Of a stretch of DNA of 64,000 nucleotides, positions 62,196 through 64,000 are shown in pieces (positions within the stretch are counted from its first letter, which is position 1; each line of letters begins with the position of its first letter). The stretch is taken from assembly GCF_050320075.1 (NCBI RefSeq), contig NZ_CP190018.1. One strand, written 5' to 3'. Position numbers and translations under genes: made by a program. The stretch is from Escherichia coli. Its GTDB lineage: Bacteria > Pseudomonadota > Gammaproteobacteria > Enterobacterales > Enterobacteriaceae. The notes below the pieces were generated by a model. That model made no database searches, was not told the origin of the DNA, and saw only the letters and a list, made by a program, of their open reading frames with translations.

Positions 62196-63307
62196 TGTGC
62201 AGCTCCTGGTTTGGCCTCACCAATCACCACTTCATCGCCCGCTTCCAGCCCTTTGACAATCTCAACATCGGTATCGTTACGTGCGCCAATCGTCACTTCA
62301 CGCTCGCGTGTTTCACCATTACGCAACAATTTGACTTTATAACGATTATCGCCAACCGGATCGCCTAACGCCGACAGAGGGATCGTCAGCACATTTTTCA
62401 CATCGGTGAGCTGAATATGCACTTGCGCGGTCATATCCAGCCGCAGCAAACCATTGGGGTTGGGGACTTCAAAACGGGCGTAATAGAAAATAGCGTCGTT
62501 AACCTTTTCCGGCGTCGGTAGCACATCCTTGATTTGCCCCTCGTAGCGCGTCAGCGGATCGCCAAGCACCGTAAACCAGGCTTTTTGCCCCGACTTCAGG
62601 TGGATTACATCCGCTTCAGAAACCTGCGCTTTTACCAGCATGGTGCTCATATCTGCCAGCGTCAGAATGTTCGGTGCTTGTTGTGCGGCAATCACCGTCT
62701 GGCCTTGCAGAGTGGTGATTTGCGTGACTTCCCCGGCCATCGGGGCAACGATGCGGGTGTAATCGAGATTGGTTTTAGCCGTATCGAGTGAGGCCTGATT
62801 GCGCTTGATTTGCGCGTCAATGGTGCCAATTTGCGCCTGTTTCACAGCCATCTCCGTCGCGGCGGTATCAAGATCCTGCTGTGAAACCGCTTGCGTTTGT
62901 GCAAGACGTTGCTGACGGGAATACGTCACCCGCGCCAGTTTCAGCTCCGCTTCCGCCTGCTGCCGCTGCGCGCGTAGCTCCATCAGCGTTGCTTCCACCT
63001 CCTTAATCTGGTTTTCAGCCTGTTCAGGATCAATAACCCCTAAAAGCTGGTCTTTTTTTACTTTATCGCCAATCGCCACCGACAGCGTTTTCAACTGACC
63101 GCTGACCTGCGCGCCCACATCAACCTTACGCAGCGCGTCCAGCTTTCCGGTCGCCAGCACGCTTTGCTGTAAATCACCGGGGCGCACAATCAGCGTCTGA
63201 TAAGTCGGCACGGGTGCGTTAAGAATTCTCCATAACGTAATCAGCCCGGCAATGACTATCACCAGCGCAATAACGTAACGCTTCTTCACGGTTTTCCGCT
63301 TTTTCAT
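62192..63307 (-). CDS. macA: Macrolide export periplasmic adaptor MacA
   Basis: Conserved start [15 protein letters not shown] at ATG 63305-63307 (track ORF starts at a TTG at 63334); ATGA overlap with the macB start. Confidence 0.93.
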   Translation of the reverse strand: MKKRKTVKKRYVIALVIVIAGLITLWRILNAPVPTYQTLIVRPGDLQQSVLATGKLDALRKVDVGAQVSGQLKTLSVAIGDKVKKDQLLGVIDPEQAENQIKEVEATLMELRAQRQQAEAELKLARVTYSRQQRLAQTQAVSQQDLDTAATEMAVKQAQIGTIDAQIKRNQASLDTAKTNLDYTRIVAPMAGEVTQITTLQGQTVIAAQQAPNILTLADMSTMLVKAQVSEADVIHLKSGQKAWFTVLGDPLTRYEGQIKDVLPTPEKVNDAIFYYARFEVPNPNGLLRLDMTAQVHIQLTDVKNVLTIPLSALGDPVGDNRYKVKLLRNGETREREVTIGARNDTDVEIVKGLEAGDEVVIGEAKPGAAQ

Positions 63308-63457
63308 AAATATTCTGAATACTCCATATGCCAATCCGGGTCATTAACTTCAACGAAATATCAACAAAACCCTAAAATTTACGTTAGTAATCACACTATT
63401 GATGTTTGGTTAAGATACGCAATGGTGAAATCGACGTCATGTATAACCATTGATTTC

Positions 63458-64000
63458 ATGAATATGTCGCAGCTAACTGAACGGACCTTTACGCCATCTG
63501 AATCTCTCAGCAGCCTGTCACTTTTTCTTAGTCTGGCACGTGGACAGTGTCGGCCGGGTAAATTCTGGCATCGCCGTAGTTTTCGCCAGAAATTTTTGCT
63601 GCGCTCGTTGATTATGCCGCGTTTAAGCGTTGAGTGGATGAACGAACTTTCCCACTGGCCTAATCTCAATGTGTTGTTAACGCGCCAGCCGCGACTGCCT
63701 GTGCGTCTGCATCGCCCTTACCTTGCGGCGAATCTTAGCCGTAAGCAATTGCTGGAGGCGTTACGTTACCATTATGCGTTACTCCGCGGGTGTATGTCGG
63801 CGGAAGAATTCAGCTTATATTTGAATACCCCCGGGCTGCAACTGGCGAAGCTGGAAGGCAAAAACGGCGAGCAGTTCACACTTGAGCTGACCATGATGAT
63901 CTCAATGGATAAAGAAGGTGACAGCACAATCCTGTTCCGCAACAGCGAAGGTATTCCTCTGGCAGAGATCACGTTTACCCTGTGTGAATATCAGGGGAAA
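63458..64000 (+). CDS. ybjX: VirK-like protein YbjX (DUF535), partial; 3' end beyond the window
   Basis: Plus-strand frame from ATG 63458 reads MNMSQLTERTFTPSESLSSLSLFLSLARGQ... and stays open to position 64000; not in the ORF track because no stop lies inside the window. Confidence 0.85.
   Translation, partial: MNMSQLTERTFTPSESLSSLSLFLSLARGQCRPGKFWHRRSFRQKFLLRSLIMPRLSVEWMNELSHWPNLNVLLTRQPRLPVRLHRPYLAANLSRKQLLEALRYHYALLRGCMSAEEFSLYLNTPGLQLAKLEGKNGEQFTLELTMMISMDKEGDSTILFRNSEGIPLAEITFTLCEYQGK

Overview
This window reads as conserved Escherichia coli core chromosome (K-12-like), in reverse-complement orientation relative to the usual K-12 map, with no novel or accessory system that I can support. 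Gene order is mepK(partial)-ldtD-mukBEF-cmoM-elyC-ycbJ-kdsB-ycaR-ycaQ-lpxK-msbA-ycaI-ihfB-rpsA-cmk-loiP-aroA-serC-ycaP-ycaO-focA-pflB-pflA-ycaM-ycaD-ycaC-dmsCBA-serS-rarA-lolA-ftsK-lrp-trxB-cydDC-aat-infA-serW-clpA-clpS-cspD-macBA-ybjX(partial). Calls rest on recognising the translated products in the six-frame track, typical operon junctions (ATGA overlaps), RBS/start-codon checks and hairpin plus T-run terminators read directly from the sequence. Several track ORFs begin at GTG/TTG or upstream in-frame codons; I trimmed those to the conserved ATG where the N-terminus was recognisable. No intergenic gap exceeds about 700 bp and I see no integrase, transposase, toxin-antitoxin, restriction or CRISPR signatures. 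The only features that look non-reference are a tandem ~178-bp repeat downstream of tRNA-Ser (serW), each unit ending in a copy of the tRNA 3' end; an apparent absence of ycaK-ycaN between pflA and ycaM; and repeat-length variation in the FtsK linker. All comparisons with K-12 are from memory and need alignment to confirm.
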